In this document: positions 26,163 to 39,409 of the stretch, in pieces
How the letters are laid out: each line of letters begins with the position of its first letter
How positions within the stretch are numbered: the stretch's first letter is position 1
Source of the DNA: Chrysomallon squamiferum
Lineage: Eukaryota; Animalia; Mollusca
Direction of reading: 5' to 3'
NCBI GenBank assembly: GCA_012295275.1
Contig: CM022670.1
Coordinates: forward strand, 7,936,001-8,000,000
DNA: 64,000 bases
Translations under genes and position numbers: made by a program
Notes under the pieces: model-generated
Told to the model about the DNA's origin: nothing
The model's database searches: none
The model's input: only the letters and a program-made list of their open reading frames with translations

Positions 26163-29100
26163 TATTAAAGATTAAACTAGTTTTGTTGATAGTAAGGTAC
26201 AGATAAGTCAGTCAGCATAATAAAAAGTACTGTGATAATATTAGTCTGAAAAGTATTCACAGAGGAAACATTTCATCAAAGACGTTTCCATTTCATATCA
26301 TATATTCATAGCACGATCAATACATTACCATTTTAATGTCCCACATGAAATATGTACAGTATGTGCTGATAGTGAAAGATAAAAAAATAATTATACAAGG
26401 AATATTAAAGTGAAACACTAAAGAATTTATGTTTACTAAAAATAGTTGACAGAAATAGTTCATTTCTTTTGAGTTATTTTAAAAGATATTAACTGTTACA
26501 GATACTTCCTTCGAACATTATTTTATTTGTTTTTGTTTTTTTTTGTTTAAGTTTCAAAGAAGTAATTTTAACTTTGAATGGGTAATGAACAGTGTTGTTT
26601 TTATTTAACTGATAACAGATAACTGTTAAGAAAATCAATTGCTTTTTGCTGTCAGTGTTAATTAGTCCATCTTATTATCTGTTGGTCATAAATACAGTCA
26701 CATGTACACACACACATTTTTACAAACAAGCTGATATGTACTTAACAGTCATGCATTAATGTTGTTTTTATTGTGTTACTATTACTGTTATTATTATTAT
26801 GATTATTGTTATTCTTATTGTTATTGTTACTGTTATTGTTATTGTTATTGTTATTGTTATTATTATTTAGATACATCATTTCCAACTCCAATGGAAGAAC
26901 CCAAAAAAGACATTCGTTGTCATTACCTGGGAACACAACTGGTGTGTAAACCAACAGGTAAGTGCTGTCTTGTGTTTCTCAGTTTAAAATTATCACTCAT
27001 CTCTTTATGATTTGACCTTTTTATTTTTTTTTTTTTTTTTTTTTTTTTTATAGTTTTGAAAATTAAGGGAGATAACTATCCATTTAATATATTTTTAATT
27101 ACACACACACACACACACACAAAAAAAACAAAAAAAACACAGAACAGCTGTAGTATTCATTCACAACTGATTTCAGTATTTTCAGTTCAGTGCAGTTACT
27201 GAAAATTTAATGTTTGATTCAAAGTAATAATAATAACAGTAATATAATTTTTAATTTTTGAAAACTATGTTTCAGGTATTGACATTGTAAATGAAGCAAT
27301 AGAAAGAGCATGTCGAAAGGTTCCACCTGAGAAGTGGCAGTTTGTCTGTGTGTCTGTGGCACCCTCCACTGTCACTGTCACAGAATACAGGGTTATATTT
27401 TACTTCATCAGATTTTCTCTTGTTGAAAATATTTTAACATTTAATGATAGCTGAGATTTCTTTCTTTTATTTCACATACAATAAATACAAGAATATTTTT
27501 TTTTTATTAGTATTATTTTATAAATATTTTCAAAATAATTTTTGTCAAACAAAATAACAATAAATATATATTTAAAAGACTTTATTGGAGATTTTTTTTT
27601 TTTCTATTTATCTATGTTTAATAGATATTTTACTTTTGTATATAAACACTGTATATAGATTGTTTTGATAAAATTTGTTAATTTGTTGTTTGGAGATTTT
27701 CTTTCTTTCATTTATTTTTTTTCATTTTAGTTTTTTTATGTCAAGAAATAATATTTTACAACAGTTATATTTTTTAATTTTTTTTTTTTTTATTATTATT
27801 TTTTAAAATTTATTTTTATATATGTTTGTTTATTTATTTATTTGTTTGTTTGTTTCAGAACCCTGAGAAAAAGATACATGAATGTCGTGTTCGTTTCCTG
27901 TCCTTCATGGGAATAGCCCTGGAAAATGTCAAGTAAGTTACAACAAACAAATACAAATCTGTGTGAAATACTGATACACTCTTGTCTTTCTGTCCTATAG
28001 TAATTTAAAGTAGTTGTAACTGTGTGCAGTATTACCTTTGTTGCTGGCAGTTATTAAATAAATAAAAATAAGATACAACTTGATATTGTTATAAATTTAA
28101 CCAAATTTTCAATATTTTACAGACACTGTTCTATTTTTCTTCCTTTTTTTTATTTTCGTTGTAGGAAAGGCATTTTAGCTGTTTAAAAATAAAGTTGTTC
28201 CTTAAAGATAATTTAAATGTGGATGTGTACAAAATTGTTAAAAAACAGCTGTATTATTTGCTGCTATCATGAATAATTTTTAAACATTTTCTTTTTTTTT
28301 TTCTTTTATATTTTATTATATATATATATTTTAATTAATTTATTATTATTATTATTATATTTATTTATTTATTTACTTTTTTTTTTGAAGTTTTAAAACT
28401 GATATGAGTGTACAGTTATAAACTCTGTTTACTTTCAGGCTGTGTGCATTTATAATGCACGATGCCCAGGACAAGTTTGTTGCCCACGTGTTCCATTGTG
28501 AGCCATCAGCTGGTCCACTCTGTAAAACCATTGAGGCTGCATGCAAGGTAAAAACTTTAATTACCTTTTACACTTTACATTTTCCCTTAACTCTTACAAA
28601 ACATTATCATAATAACAACAAATTTTAATATTACAGTTTCATTATCAACAATTGATTAAATCCAGTTTCTTTTATTAGCACTATTATTTTCATTTACTTT
28701 GTAAAACTAAAAGTTACACACAATCTTTTATTAATTATTATAATAATTTCTAGAATATTTATTTTAATAAAAATTAATTTTTTTTTTTCCTGTTGGTTTA
28801 TCAGGTAATTAAATAATCCAGTTTTTTAAATGTAGACATAAACTAGTGTCACTTAAAAGATAATTTCCTAAATCTTTTAAAATTACTGTTGACTTACAAA
28901 TGTAATTTTATTGTTTGTTAAAGCTGAGGTACCAAAAGGCCCTGGACTCCCACAAACCCCAGACACCAACCACACCCTCGGGAGGAAAGGTTTGTTTATC
29001 TTTAACATCTTCAGTGTTGTTGTTGTTTAACTTTTTACTTTACGTTTGTGTTAGTTATTATTACTGCTAGTGTATTATATTTATTTACTTTGATAAGTTT

Positions 29101-30015
29101 TATTAAAAGTTTGTTTCATTTCTTTCTAATTTATTTTCTTAATTTGTTTTTCTTAATTATTTAGTCATTTATTTTATTCTTTTAATTTCAGTTAAATAAT
29201 TTTTTTTTTTTTTTTATTTTTTTTTTGCTGTCATGAAGATTTGCAGAAAATGTATTTGTAGAATTTAGGTTTTATGTATTTATTTATTTTTTTAAATGAA
29301 TATTTTCAGTTCTATTACTAAAGTAAAATTGGCAGTTTGATACAGAGCCATTATTTCATTAGTGAAATGTATTAACTGTTCTCCCTGCAATGAAGAACCT
29401 GCTTTTCAATCTTGCTTTTTCATTTCCTTTTTAATTTTTTTTTTTTTTTTTTTTTTGTTGTTGTTGTTTTTTTTATCATTGAGCCAGTACTGAAAATACA
29501 TATATTTGAAAATTATTAGTTTATTGTGTTCAGTCATTTTTAATTTTTTATTTTATATATAAATAAATATCATATGAAAAAATAAATAATGAATTTTTAA
29601 ATTTTTTTGTAATTGCTTTTTTTCATTTCATATATATTTTTTTTATAAATTACATGTTATTTCATAGTAGTTATTTTTTTTTTTTTTTTTTTTTTTCACA
29701 ATATTTCATTTTTTTTTTTTTTTTTTTTTTGTTTCTTTGACCTAATTATTATTTTTATTTATTCTTAATTCTCTTTCAGTTTTTAAATTATCCTTTAACC
29801 AATTATTATTTTTATTTTATTTTATTTTTATTTTTTTTATTTTATTTTACTTTATTTTAATTCTACTTGTGTCCCTGCTTACTGTTTGGTTGTAGTAAAG
29901 TGTTTTCTCACTGCAGGGACTGGGTGCTGTTCTAAAAGCCGGTGTTAAAGCTAGTGTCCAGAGTGTACAGAATGTCATTGGTATTCTTAAAACCAAGAAG
30001 GCAGGCCAGTGCTGA
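13149..30015 (+). CDS. APBB2: FE65/APBB-family amyloid precursor protein-binding adaptor (WW-PTB1-PTB2), spliced, 5' incomplete; presumed co-orthologue of vertebrate APBB1/2/3. Exons: 13149-13674, 14472-14601, 14904-14976, 15171-15286, 19445-19578, 21372-21573, 24462-24589, [25046-25051 optional], 25883-26109, 26871-26957, 27276-27391, 27859-27932, 28439-28547, 28924-28989, 29917-30015
   Basis: All introns are GT-AG with matching phases, giving about 695 codons. Peptides match FE65 hallmarks: WW LPAGWEKCEDDNGAYYWHIKSGTIQRDPP; PTB1 RFAVQSLGWV...IRVWGVGRDNGRDFAYVARD...CHVFRCD; PTB2 FPTPMEEP...ECRVRFLSFMGI...HVFHCEPSAG...AACKLRYQK. The paralogue number in the symbol is nominal. Confidence 0.93.
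14472..14601 (+). CDS. APBB2: FE65 exon (EYPENTVINSPDSNDSGIHSDSRSDD...QQN)
   Basis: ttccag acceptor, GTAAG donor, open frame phase 2 to 0. Confidence 0.85.
14904..14976 (+). CDS. APBB2: FE65 exon, first half of WW domain (GYDPDLYSPEEDEEVLPAGWEKCE)
   Basis: ttacag acceptor, G|GTAAG donor, LPxGW motif. Confidence 0.92.
15171..15286 (+). CDS. APBB2: FE65 exon, second half of WW domain (DDNGAYYWHIKSGTIQRDPP...)
   Basis: ttatcag acceptor, GAG|GTTAGT donor, YYWH..SGT motif. Confidence 0.93.
19445..19578 (+). CDS. APBB2: FE65 exon, WW-PTB1 linker (NTVGSDSVSS...LQDFEGHALQFAAKSLQSLQSM)
   Basis: ttacag acceptor, CA|GTAAGT donor; phases 0 and 2 fit the neighbouring exons. Confidence 0.85.
21372..21573 (+). 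CDS. APBB2: FE65 exon, PTB1 start (RPVRFAVQSLGWVPIAEEDLTPERSSKAVNKCIVNLSLGRNDINDVVGRWGD)
   Basis: Poly-T + cag acceptor, GTAAGT donor, FE65 PTB1 motif. Confidence 0.95.
23786..24485 (+). repeat. 47-bp tandem array (about 15 units) made of a duplicated FE65 splice acceptor plus the first 24 exon nt
   Basis: Unit atataaatatctgtgtatttcag-GGTAAAGACCTGTACATGGATCTG; the last unit runs into exon 24462-24589. Confidence 0.97.
24462..24589 (+). CDS. APBB2: FE65 exon, PTB1 (GKDLYMDLDSTSLRLVDTQDLSLLHYQPIHSIRVWGVGRDNGR)
   Basis: Last copy of the 47-bp array supplies the acceptor; AG|GTAAAT donor; IRVWGVG motif. Confidence 0.95.
25046..25051 (+). CDS. APBB2: 6-nt microexon GGAAAG inserting two residues into PTB1 (NGR-ER-DFAY)
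   Basis: Long pyrimidine tract + aacag | GGAAAG | GTAAAT; symmetric phase 2; same position and residues as the neuronal 6-nt exon of mammalian FE65. Confidence 0.85.
25883..26109 (+). CDS. APBB2: FE65 exon, PTB1 end (DFAYVARDKSTQRHMCHVFRCDMPARQIANTLRDICKK...)
   Basis: ttatcag acceptor, A|GTAAGT donor; overlaps ORF 25926-26168. Confidence 0.95.
26871..26957 (+). CDS. APBB2: FE65 exon, PTB2 start (TSFPTPMEEPKKDIRCHYLGTQLVCKPT)
   Basis: tttag acceptor, G|GTAAG donor, FPxP and YLG motifs. Confidence 0.92.
27276..27391 (+). CDS. APBB2: FE65 exon, PTB2 (GIDIVNEAIERACRKVPPEKWQFVCVSVAPSTVTVTEYR)
   Basis: tttcag acceptor, GT donor at 27392, VSVAP motif. Confidence 0.92.
27859..27932 (+). CDS. APBB2: FE65 exon, PTB2 (NPEKKIHECRVRFLSFMGIALENV)
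   Basis: tttcag acceptor, GTAAGT donor, ECRVRFLSF signature. Confidence 0.95.
28439..28547 (+). CDS. APBB2: FE65 exon, PTB2 (LCAFIMHDAQDKFVAHVFHCEPSAGPLCKTIEAACK)
   Basis: tttcag acceptor, AAG|GTAAAA donor. Confidence 0.95.
28924..28989 (+). CDS. APBB2: FE65 exon (LRYQKALDSHKPQTPTTPSGGK)
   Basis: AAG acceptor, AAG|GTTTGT donor, LRYQK motif ending PTB2. Confidence 0.9.
29917..30015 (+). CDS. APBB2: FE65 terminal coding exon A (GLGAVLKAGVKASVQSVQNVIGILKTKKAGQC*)
   Basis: ttctcactgcag acceptor, phase 0, TGA at 30013-30015; resembles the VQS-containing FE65 C-terminal helix. Confidence 0.8.
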   Translation, partial: GLGAVLKAGVKASVQSVQNVIGILKTKKAGQC

Positions 30016-30114
30016 GTAGGTAATCTCCCCTGCAAACTCCCCTCTCAAACCACCCTGCATGGCTTGCCTCATTTTGCAGCTGCAGTGTCACCATGCTTTT
30101 CACAGTATTACTTG

Positions 30115-30146
30115 TTTGTTGTTGTTGTTGTTGTTGTTGTTGTTGC

Positions 30147-30183
<37 letters not shown>

Positions 30184-30198
30184 TCATAATTGTTATTA

Positions 30199-30230
<32 letters not shown>

Positions 30231-30450
30231 TATAATTGTTATTATTATTTTTTATTGTTATTATTATTTTTTATTATAATTATGATCATTTTTTTATTAT
30301 TATTATTATAATATTTTTATTAGTAGTATTAAAGTTTATTTATTCGTCATCATCGTCATCATCGTCATCATCATCATCGTCATTATTGTTATTATTATTA
30401 TTAATTATTATTAATTATTATTATTACTATCATCATTATTATTATTATAG
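30115..30450. repeat. Compound trinucleotide microsatellite (TTG/TTA/TCA), representative of many in the window
   Basis: Direct reading; similar tracts at 17405-17560, 26760-26870, 40465-40660, 49535-49855, 53890-54090, 56590-56705 and 57860-58180. Confidence 0.9.
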
Positions 30451-31876
30451 AATAAAAGTTTAAAGTTTCTTTACTGTTTGATAATATTTTCTGTTTAAAA
30501 TAGTAATTTTTATCTCTAGAAGTATTAACGTTTTAGTTCTTTTTGCATGAGTGATGGTTTAAAAACACCAGACCAACACATTTGTTAGTTCTCAAGACAG
30601 AATCTCTTTCAGAAACTTGCTTTATTTTTACTATAGCAAAGTCTTTTGCATGCATTTAACCAAGAAAGCACCTTTGATAAACCAAACTGGCTAGAACAGG
30701 TAGAAACATTTATTTAAAATAACTAAATAATTTAGAATTTGTTTTAGTGGTAATGTTTATTTCACAGTGGGTTTTTTTGTTTGTTGTTTGGGTATTCTTG
30801 TGGGGGGTTTGTTGTTGTTTTTTTTTAATCTAATCATGGTATAGTTTTCCTTTTTTTTTTCATAAAAAAAATACTAGTAAAAAATAAATAAATAAATAAA
30901 TTAATAGGTTTTTGTAAATATCAGTATTCTGTTGTGTTTGTGTTTGTACGTTTGTTGTGTTTCTTGCTACACTGCTAAGCTGCAAAATGAAGTAAACACA
31001 TTTTGGTTTCAGAGTGCTGGAAATGTCAAACAGCACTCTGTGATTCTATCACACCTATACTCTCACCTGTATCTTACCTGTACTCACCTGTCCACTAGCA
31101 CCTGTCTGTATTAACCCGAATCTTTCTTTTTCAGTTCCTGATCATGGATATAAAAATTAACACTGTCAAGAGATTTTTTAAATTGTTTTGAATATTTTAT
31201 ATATATTTCATTACATAATTACTATTTTGATTTTAAGAGTTTACTGTAAATCCGTGATGTAAATTTAGGTAATTGATTATTATAATTACATTTGGACTCA
31301 TAGAATGCTGTTATATCAAAGAACAATTGTTTGGTTTCTTTATTTCTACATAAGTAAAGGTTTACTAATTGATGCAGTTAATGCTGTATGGTTAGATTCA
31401 TGTTAATATAAATTAAATATTTGTTGTGTGTGTGAGGCAATTTTCAAGGGTTTACAATTCAATGCACCCTTCTTTCTAACAAAGATAATAGTGGATTTAT
31501 AATCTTAAGATAAAATTCAGTTTGTAAGATTGGCATAGTTTGGGTTTGCTTCAAGAATTTTTAAGCAACTGAATCCTGTTTATATTTTCATTATTATTAA
31601 TTATTTTTATTTTTCATTTTTATTTATTTATATTTATTTTTATTTATTTAATTATTTATTTATTTATTATTTTTATTTTTATTTAATTTTTATTTAATTT
31701 TTATTATTAGTTATTTTTATTTATTCATTTATTTCTACTTTAAATTTATTTACTTACTTTTTTTTAATTTTTTAATTCTATAATTTATTTTATTTGAAAT
31801 TTATTTACAGGAATGTAAGAAACAACTCTTCAACCAATTTATTTTTTATTTTTTGAAAATCTTCTTTGTTCTTCAG

Positions 31877-31951
31877 AATCTTCGGAGCAGTTTGAAACAG
31901 AGTGTGCAGTCAGTTCTCGAGTCAATAACTCAGCTGGCCTCTCCCAAGTGA
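31877..31951 (+). CDS. APBB2: FE65 alternative terminal coding exon B (NLRSSLKQSVQSVLESITQLASPK*)
   Basis: cttctttgttcttcag acceptor, phase 0, GC-richer island; shares SVQSV with exon A. Confidence 0.7.
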   Translation, partial: NLRSSLKQSVQSVLESITQLASPK

Positions 31952-33984
31952 AACGGAGAAGAAAAGAGAGTATAGTCTTGTACACGGCTTGCAACTGCTA
32001 GCTCCCACTTCAGTGTAGAAAGCTTGTCATCACATAGTTTAGTGCTATAACTCAGTGTTTATAACCACCAGTGTCCGTTTTTATCATTTCAAAACAAAAA
32101 AAATACATCTTTAGCCAATACCAATATTGTTTCAAAATACTACAGACATTTTTAGTTCATTTTAAGCAATGTTGTTAAAAAAAAAAAAAAAAAAAAAAAT
32201 TTTGTTTGTTTTAAGCAATATTGTTACTAAAACTAAAATATTTTTAGCAATACAGCATTGTTTTTTAAAAGGTTTTAGCTGATTTTTGTCAGTGTTACAG
32301 AAACTATAAATATTTTTAGTTGATTTTAAACAGTATTGTTACTATAACTAAAACCATTTTTAGTTGATGTTTAACACCATTGTTCCTAAAAATATAGAAA
32401 AATGACAAATAATTTTATTTGATTTTAAACAGTATTGTTACTGTAACTAAAAACATTTTTGATACTAAAAATATTACAGAAAAACAACAAATAATTTGAT
32501 TTGATATTAAACAATATTATTACAAAATCTCTGTTGTTTCCACTAAACATTAGATGTATTAAAACTGAATGAAAAAAAGAAAAAAGGATTTTGGTTTTCC
32601 CTTGAATCTGAAAAGTCACAGTTTTACAGCTAATGTGTTTATTCAGATTTTTGTAATTAACTTTTTATAGATTGTTGTGTTTCGTGATTTAATTCAAAGG
32701 GAACGTGCAATGAAGATGGATTTGATAAATGTTTTTTTGATGACATTTTTTTAAGAAATAAATTATGTAGTGTTCTAGCTTTAACTGTGTAGATTGGTAA
32801 CATTGCTTTGTGAGACTGTTTCTTCATTTGTGAAATTTGGACATTTTTAACCTCACTTTGTAAAAAACAACACTTTTAACTAGTAACATTTGGAAAACTA
32901 TTTCATATAAATGTAACATAAGGTTAATTTTTTCTCTTTTTAATGTAATTTTATTATTATTATTATTTTAGTTTTAAAAATATTTGCTTGTAATTTAATG
33001 TCTTTTTTTTTTTAGTAATAAAATCTAATGTAACTTTGGAGTTAAACATTTACCTTTGTAATTCCTTTTTTTATTATTTATTTTATTTTATTTTTACTTA
33101 CTTATTCATCCGTGTAATCAAACAGTTAATTCACTTTTTAAAATACTCATTATATAATAATATGGCTTCTCTTTTTGTAAATATTATTCAATTAAATAAT
33201 AATTTATTTGAAAAATTCCTTATCAAGGACACAAGTTTCCAAAATTAATACTTTTTATAATTTTTTTTTCTTCTATTTTTATATAAATTGGAAATTAAAT
33301 AATAAATTGTTAAACCTTTTTATAATTAATAACAGTTAAATTACATCTATAAATTAAAATATCAATTTTTGTTTATTATCACTTTTGAAATCTATGTATT
33401 TATTTTTTTATGTTTTATTAATTTCAGTGTTATTAGGAATAATTTAAAGAAAATCAAAGCCTCAGTGAGTTTGTCACAGAAAACAAAAAATGTTTTAAAA
33501 TATTTATTTTTTACTTCCTGGTATCATCTGATGTATTAATTATTTAAAAACATAACAATTATAAAAATTACTATAACAATAATAATACTAACAGCAGTAA
33601 TAATAATGACAATAAAAAAATAATAGTAATGACAATAAACTAAACAATAAAAATTGAAATGTTTCAGAATTACAGAGTCCATAAAACTGAAACAACGGTT
33701 TTAAAATTAGTTTGTTTATCTTCAAAATCAACAAATTAACAAATTGTATAGATGATCCATCAATATGAAACCAAAAGTGTGTTTATTTTATTTTTATAAC
33801 ACAAGTCAGACTGACTAGAAAATGACTTGTTTTTAGACAGTGCAGGACACTAACCTTCTACAGTAATCACATTTTGTGTTTCTTTTACTGTTGAGTACCA
33901 TCTACAAAATAAAACTTGATTTTTTTTTATTATTATTATAAATTACTTGTGCATAATTTGTTTTATTTTTTATTACTTTTATTA

Positions 33985-34016
<32 letters not shown>

Positions 34017-34993
34017 GTGTTAATCAAGATATTTTGTGGTCAAGAAAGAAAATGTGTGCCATTATAATTTAATTACATTGTTTCTGTTCATCTGTCTGTC
34101 TGTCTGTCTGTCTCGTGTATAATTGTAAATTAAATTTTAATCAGATCATCGAAAACCATTTTTATTTATTTTTCTTTTTTAAATTAATTATCGTGTTTTT
34201 TTTTTTTTTTTTCTTTTTTTTTATTATATATTCTTTCCAATTTTATTGCATAAATCAAATTAAAAATTAACAAGAAATATTACTAAGGAAATGTCTTTAA
34301 TTACTAATAATTTGTTTTTAATATTTCACTTTAAAAATGTAAAAATGCATAATATTAACATGTGTATTTTTAAACTTTCCATAATAATAATATACTCGTA
34401 AATATTAAAATTTTTATTCAGCTAAGTATCTGCATAATTCCTTTATCATTTCATTTTGTTTAAATTTATGATTTTGCACCCATTGTTACATACCAGTATA
34501 TTAAAATCATAAATACATCTTTCAGAATTTATGTATTTTTGACATATTTACTTGTCACATTTAAGACATTATATCAAACACTGTAGATTTTTACTTATAT
34601 TAACATATCAGTATATTTACACTGGTTTTGAACTTAAAATAAACCTTTTTTTTTTTTTTTTTAGAAATGAAATATTAGCTCACCTAACTTGTTTTATGAG
34701 CAAACAGGGAGCAAATCTCATCAACATTTAAAAACAACCTCATTATTTATTTACATATTCATCAGTTATTTATTATGTTCATTTATTTGTCAGTATATCA
34801 ATTCTTCTTTATTTTTATTTTTTTAATTCATTATTTTTTTCTAGTTAATGGATTATTAGAAATGTAACAAGTATACCGGTATATCATGTATTCTTTATTT
34901 AAGGCATAATTTAAACATTTATTATGGTGAAAGTGGTAAAATAAAAGTTTTATAGAATTAATTAAAAACAAAAAAATATATACAGACATCAAT

Positions 34994-35033
<40 letters not shown>

Positions 35034-38000
35034 GACACATTTATGTGAAGTTGAATATATTCACAATTAAATTTCAGTTAAAACATATTTTAAACCTAGG
35101 TTTTAATCAAAAATAAATCAAATAGACTGAAGATTTACTCAATTTTAAGCTACACAATATTCTCAACTGCTCAGTAAATTTACAGTTTTGACCATTTGTA
35201 CCTACCTTACATCTGTTATCAAACATTCCAATTCAAATTATTCTGCTTAAACATTTGCTTTTTTTTGTTGTTTTTTTTTTTTTTTTTAATTTTAATTTTT
35301 CAGTTTTAATTTGATTAATGTTATGCTGTGATATGTGTAGAAAAATATAAACTGCCAATTTTAAATGTGATGTCAACAATTTTAATGTTATATATGTTTT
35401 CATCTATAGATGTTTTGTTTGTTCATTTGTTGTTGTTTTTAGCTCAAAACCAATATCTCTTCAAAAAAAAAACTTTTTTATTATTATTATTTTCTTTTTG
35501 AATTTATTTATTTATTTATTTATATCTTTTAATAATTTGCTGTAAAAGACAAAAATTCAATTGAATGAAAATCATGTTTTTGATAAATTAACCTTTTTCA
35601 ATTTAATTCTTATTTTTTCAGTAGATGAAATATTCTTTTAGACACTGTACTTAAAACATTCATAATCAAAACTGTACATTACTAAATAATCATAATAATA
35701 GCTGATGTATAATCAAAATTGTACATCTCTTGATAATATATTAATCTTAACAATAATAATAATATTAATAATAATAATAATGTATGGTGTAGTTTTGCAT
35801 TTAAACTTTTACAGAATTATTAAAATTAATTTTATACATATTCCTCTTTTAGATTTAACTTTTAATGTCTCTAATATTGTGTATTGTTTTTCAGAAAAAA
35901 AATATTTTATGCATTATTGTCGATGTATTACTGATGAAATCGTAACTTTTGTGACAAGAAATGATCTAGTCGTGTTTGTGAATCATTTTTTTTCAGCATC
36001 TGTGTTTTTCAACGTGCACAGCTTTCAGTGGTTGTGTCCTTGACATTTGCATCTGTATGACAAACATGCAACTAACATAACACCTAGCTATGAAATAAAC
36101 CAATATGCAAAAATTTTGAATCGTTTTGTTTTGTTTTCAATTTTCTCAACAATTTTTTACTTTCAATTTCTTTTCTTTTTTTCTTTGATGTTAATTCATT
36201 TAGGTCTGGATTTTTCTCTCTCTTTTTTTTTTTCACTTTCAAATTCAGTGTTGTCACTTTATTTCAGAATTAAAATGACTTGTTTGTAACCACTCAGCTT
36301 TAACAAATCTAATTTTATTTTGTTCCCTTCATCACAAGATAATGAATTTGACAAAAAAACAATATTTAATTTTAGTGTTTTTTTTCTTGAGTTTTTTTTT
36401 TTTTTTTCTTTTTTTCTTTTTTAAAGCAAAATAAATTTGATACAGTATGATAGAAGAGAAATTTTACTGATCTAGATAATAAAACAAAATGTAAAAATGA
36501 TCAGTTTCTTAAATATTTATTTAGTGTAAACACCATCTAGTTAATAAGTGAAGTACAAAACAACTAGCAGGTACATTTGTTAGCAAATATTTAAACTAAC
36601 ACATTTTTACATTATTATTTTTCTACCATACAATTTTAATCATAAAATTTAAAAAGCAGTTACTAATTTCACAAAATTAGTCCTTTTTTTTTTTTTCTTT
36701 TTTTTTTTTCCCCATTGATAATGTATTCTGAACATTCAAAAATAGATTTAATAAAAAAAAAATGTAAGGTTTAGAATTTTAAAAACTATCCAAATGAGAT
36801 TATTTATTCATTGCTCTTTTTTTTTTCTTTTTATTTCAATTTTATTTATTATGTTTTCTTATTTTTTCATTGAAAATATATTTCCATTTTTTTTATTTCT
36901 CAGTTCTCAATATTTGTTTTTCATGTGTCAGTCTGTTTTTCTCATTCTCCTCCAACTTAAATTACACAAAAATGTTACAACAATATTTCAGCATCAGCTC
37001 ATTAACAACAATGATAAACCACACCACTTCCTCTGTCCATGAATCCATTCCACTTTATCATCTGAACAATCCACACAATGCAACCCTCCAGTTTCCACCA
37101 TCTCTTGTGTCTTGGTTTTAACCATTTGTCTTTCCTTAACCTTCAGCCATAGAATATCCGACTAAAAAATAATTCTCATTACTACAGCTTTTTCAAAAAA
37201 TTATATTTAGTTTTCAGTGTTTGTGAAATGATTATATGAAATATTTCACTTGATTATATTACCAGTCTAATTCTGATACAAAGTTAAGGAAATTATGACA
37301 CAAATGAATGTAAAGGTTATGATGAGGTGACCTGTTGTAGAAAATTGCTTATAAAATTTGAGAAGATGAAAACTGAAGATTAAAAACAAGTTTCCTCTAA
37401 TAAATGTTTTTAACTGATGGTGAAAGAGAGAAAAAAATTAACACAATCCTGACATTTTAAAAATATATAAATACTTGATATGTAAGAATTGATAAATTTT
37501 TATGTTTTTGTAAGTCAGTGAAGAAAACAAAGTTGTTGTTTGTAAAATGAAATATCTGTTGATGTAAGTCAAGTTTATTCTTCATTTCTCATTTTATTCC
37601 ACCCGTCTTGAATTCCTCTCTATTTCTTGTGCCTGGAAAAGTGCCACAGTAACATAACAATTTAGTATTTCTGATTTTAAACCTTGTAGTCTTCTTTTTT
37701 ATTAATATTATTATCATTTTTTTTTTTTTTTTATATATATATATATATATATTAATTTACATTATTAACACTTCAATTTCTTTTTCTGTTTTGATTAATT
37801 TAATACTTCTAATGTTTAAACATTTAAATTTATTTTTGTATTGTTGCAAAATCTAATTAAAATAGATCTTTGTATTTTGAATTTAATAAGTAGATTATCA
37901 GATGGATACTGTTCATAACTTTCAATACACATTCTTTAAAATTAACATTCATGTTAACACTACAAAATGAATGGAAAAATAAGTAAGAAAATTGAAATGG

Positions 38001-39406
38001 TTACACTTTCCTAATTTGTCATGCATTAATAAAAATAATGTTGAAAGCTAAATAAAAATAACTGACAAAATCTAAACAACTAGATCATTCAAAATAAACA
38101 TGCATACACACATGCACACTCACAAGCAAATACATTCACACATAATACATGCATGCATACATACATACATACATACACTCTGCACACACACACACACACA
38201 CACACATACATGTGTGTGTGTGTGTTGTTTTTATTAATAATAATAATTCATTTAGTTTGATATTTGATGCTGTATATCATGCTAATGTACATGCATATAC
38301 AGTGAATTATTATGTGTCAGCATAATTATTTGAAGTTAAATTTGTTCAGGATTTTCTATGGATGCCATTATTCATGCACATCTCAGAGTAATTCAACATT
38401 TTATAATAATAAAACCCATAATAACAACAATAACAATAACAATAGTAATGAAATGGTAAAATTAATAAAATATAATAATAATCATAATAATAGAAAATTA
38501 AAATAATAATAACAAAAACAACAATAATAATGAAATTATGATAAAAATAATGAAAGGATATGGTGATGATTTTAATTTCAATAATAATAATAATAATAAT
38601 AATTTAAAAAACCAATAATAATGAAATCATAACAATATTGAAAGGATAATGGTGATGATGGTACTAATATTACTGCTAATAATAATAATAAAAATAAGGT
38701 TAATAAGAAGTGTTAATATAAAATTTAGAACATACTTCACTTTGGATTCATCGTTTTCCTTCGATTTTCTTTTTTAAAAGAAAAAAGAAACAAATATAAT
38801 TAGGAAAATGAAACGTAAATTATTCAATTTCCCCTGTGAATGATAATTTTTGAAAACATTATAATATTTGAAAATTTGGGTTTTCCTTAATTTTATTTAT
38901 TATTGTTATTGTTTTAGATTTATCCAAACTGAGCAGCAGGAATAGTTGTATATTTCTATTTTGTATTTTCTTAATTTTTTTCTTTTTTTTTCTTTTTTTA
39001 ATTAAACATCAAATAATTTAAAAAAATAAATAATTTAACATGGTTAACAACAACTTGTTTTAAATATTTTCTGTTATCCTTCCTTATTAAAAAAAATATA
39101 TAAAAATAAATAAATAAATAAATAAATAAAATTTCTTCTTAATTCATCAAATAATTATCATCACATTAACATTTTATAATTACATCATTTTTTTATGTTA
39201 TTATATTTTTCTTTCTTTATCTATTTTTCCTTGTCTGTTTAAAAACCGGTGTGTATATATGTATTTTATTTATTGTTATTTAAATAACACATACACTTGT
39301 CAGAAAAATCATTTTATTATGTTTCCTTGAATATTTTATGTACAGATATATATATATATATATACAATCTACAACTGAAAATATATCAGTATTAAAATAT
39401 ACTTAC

Positions 39407-39409
39407 ATT
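39407..39409 (-). other. Candidate 3-nt microexon (AAT) of an unassigned - strand transcript
   Basis: - strand reads TACTAAC-atcttttctttttttcag | AAT | GTAAGT: consensus branch point, pyrimidine tract, acceptor and donor. Confidence 0.6.

Noticed and set aside
31811-31814. Possible 4-nt microexon tacag|GAAT|GTAAGA before terminal exon B
   Set aside because: Would give an immediate stop (GAA TAA) after a 62-nt intron; weak tract and plausible by chance; unsupported without reads
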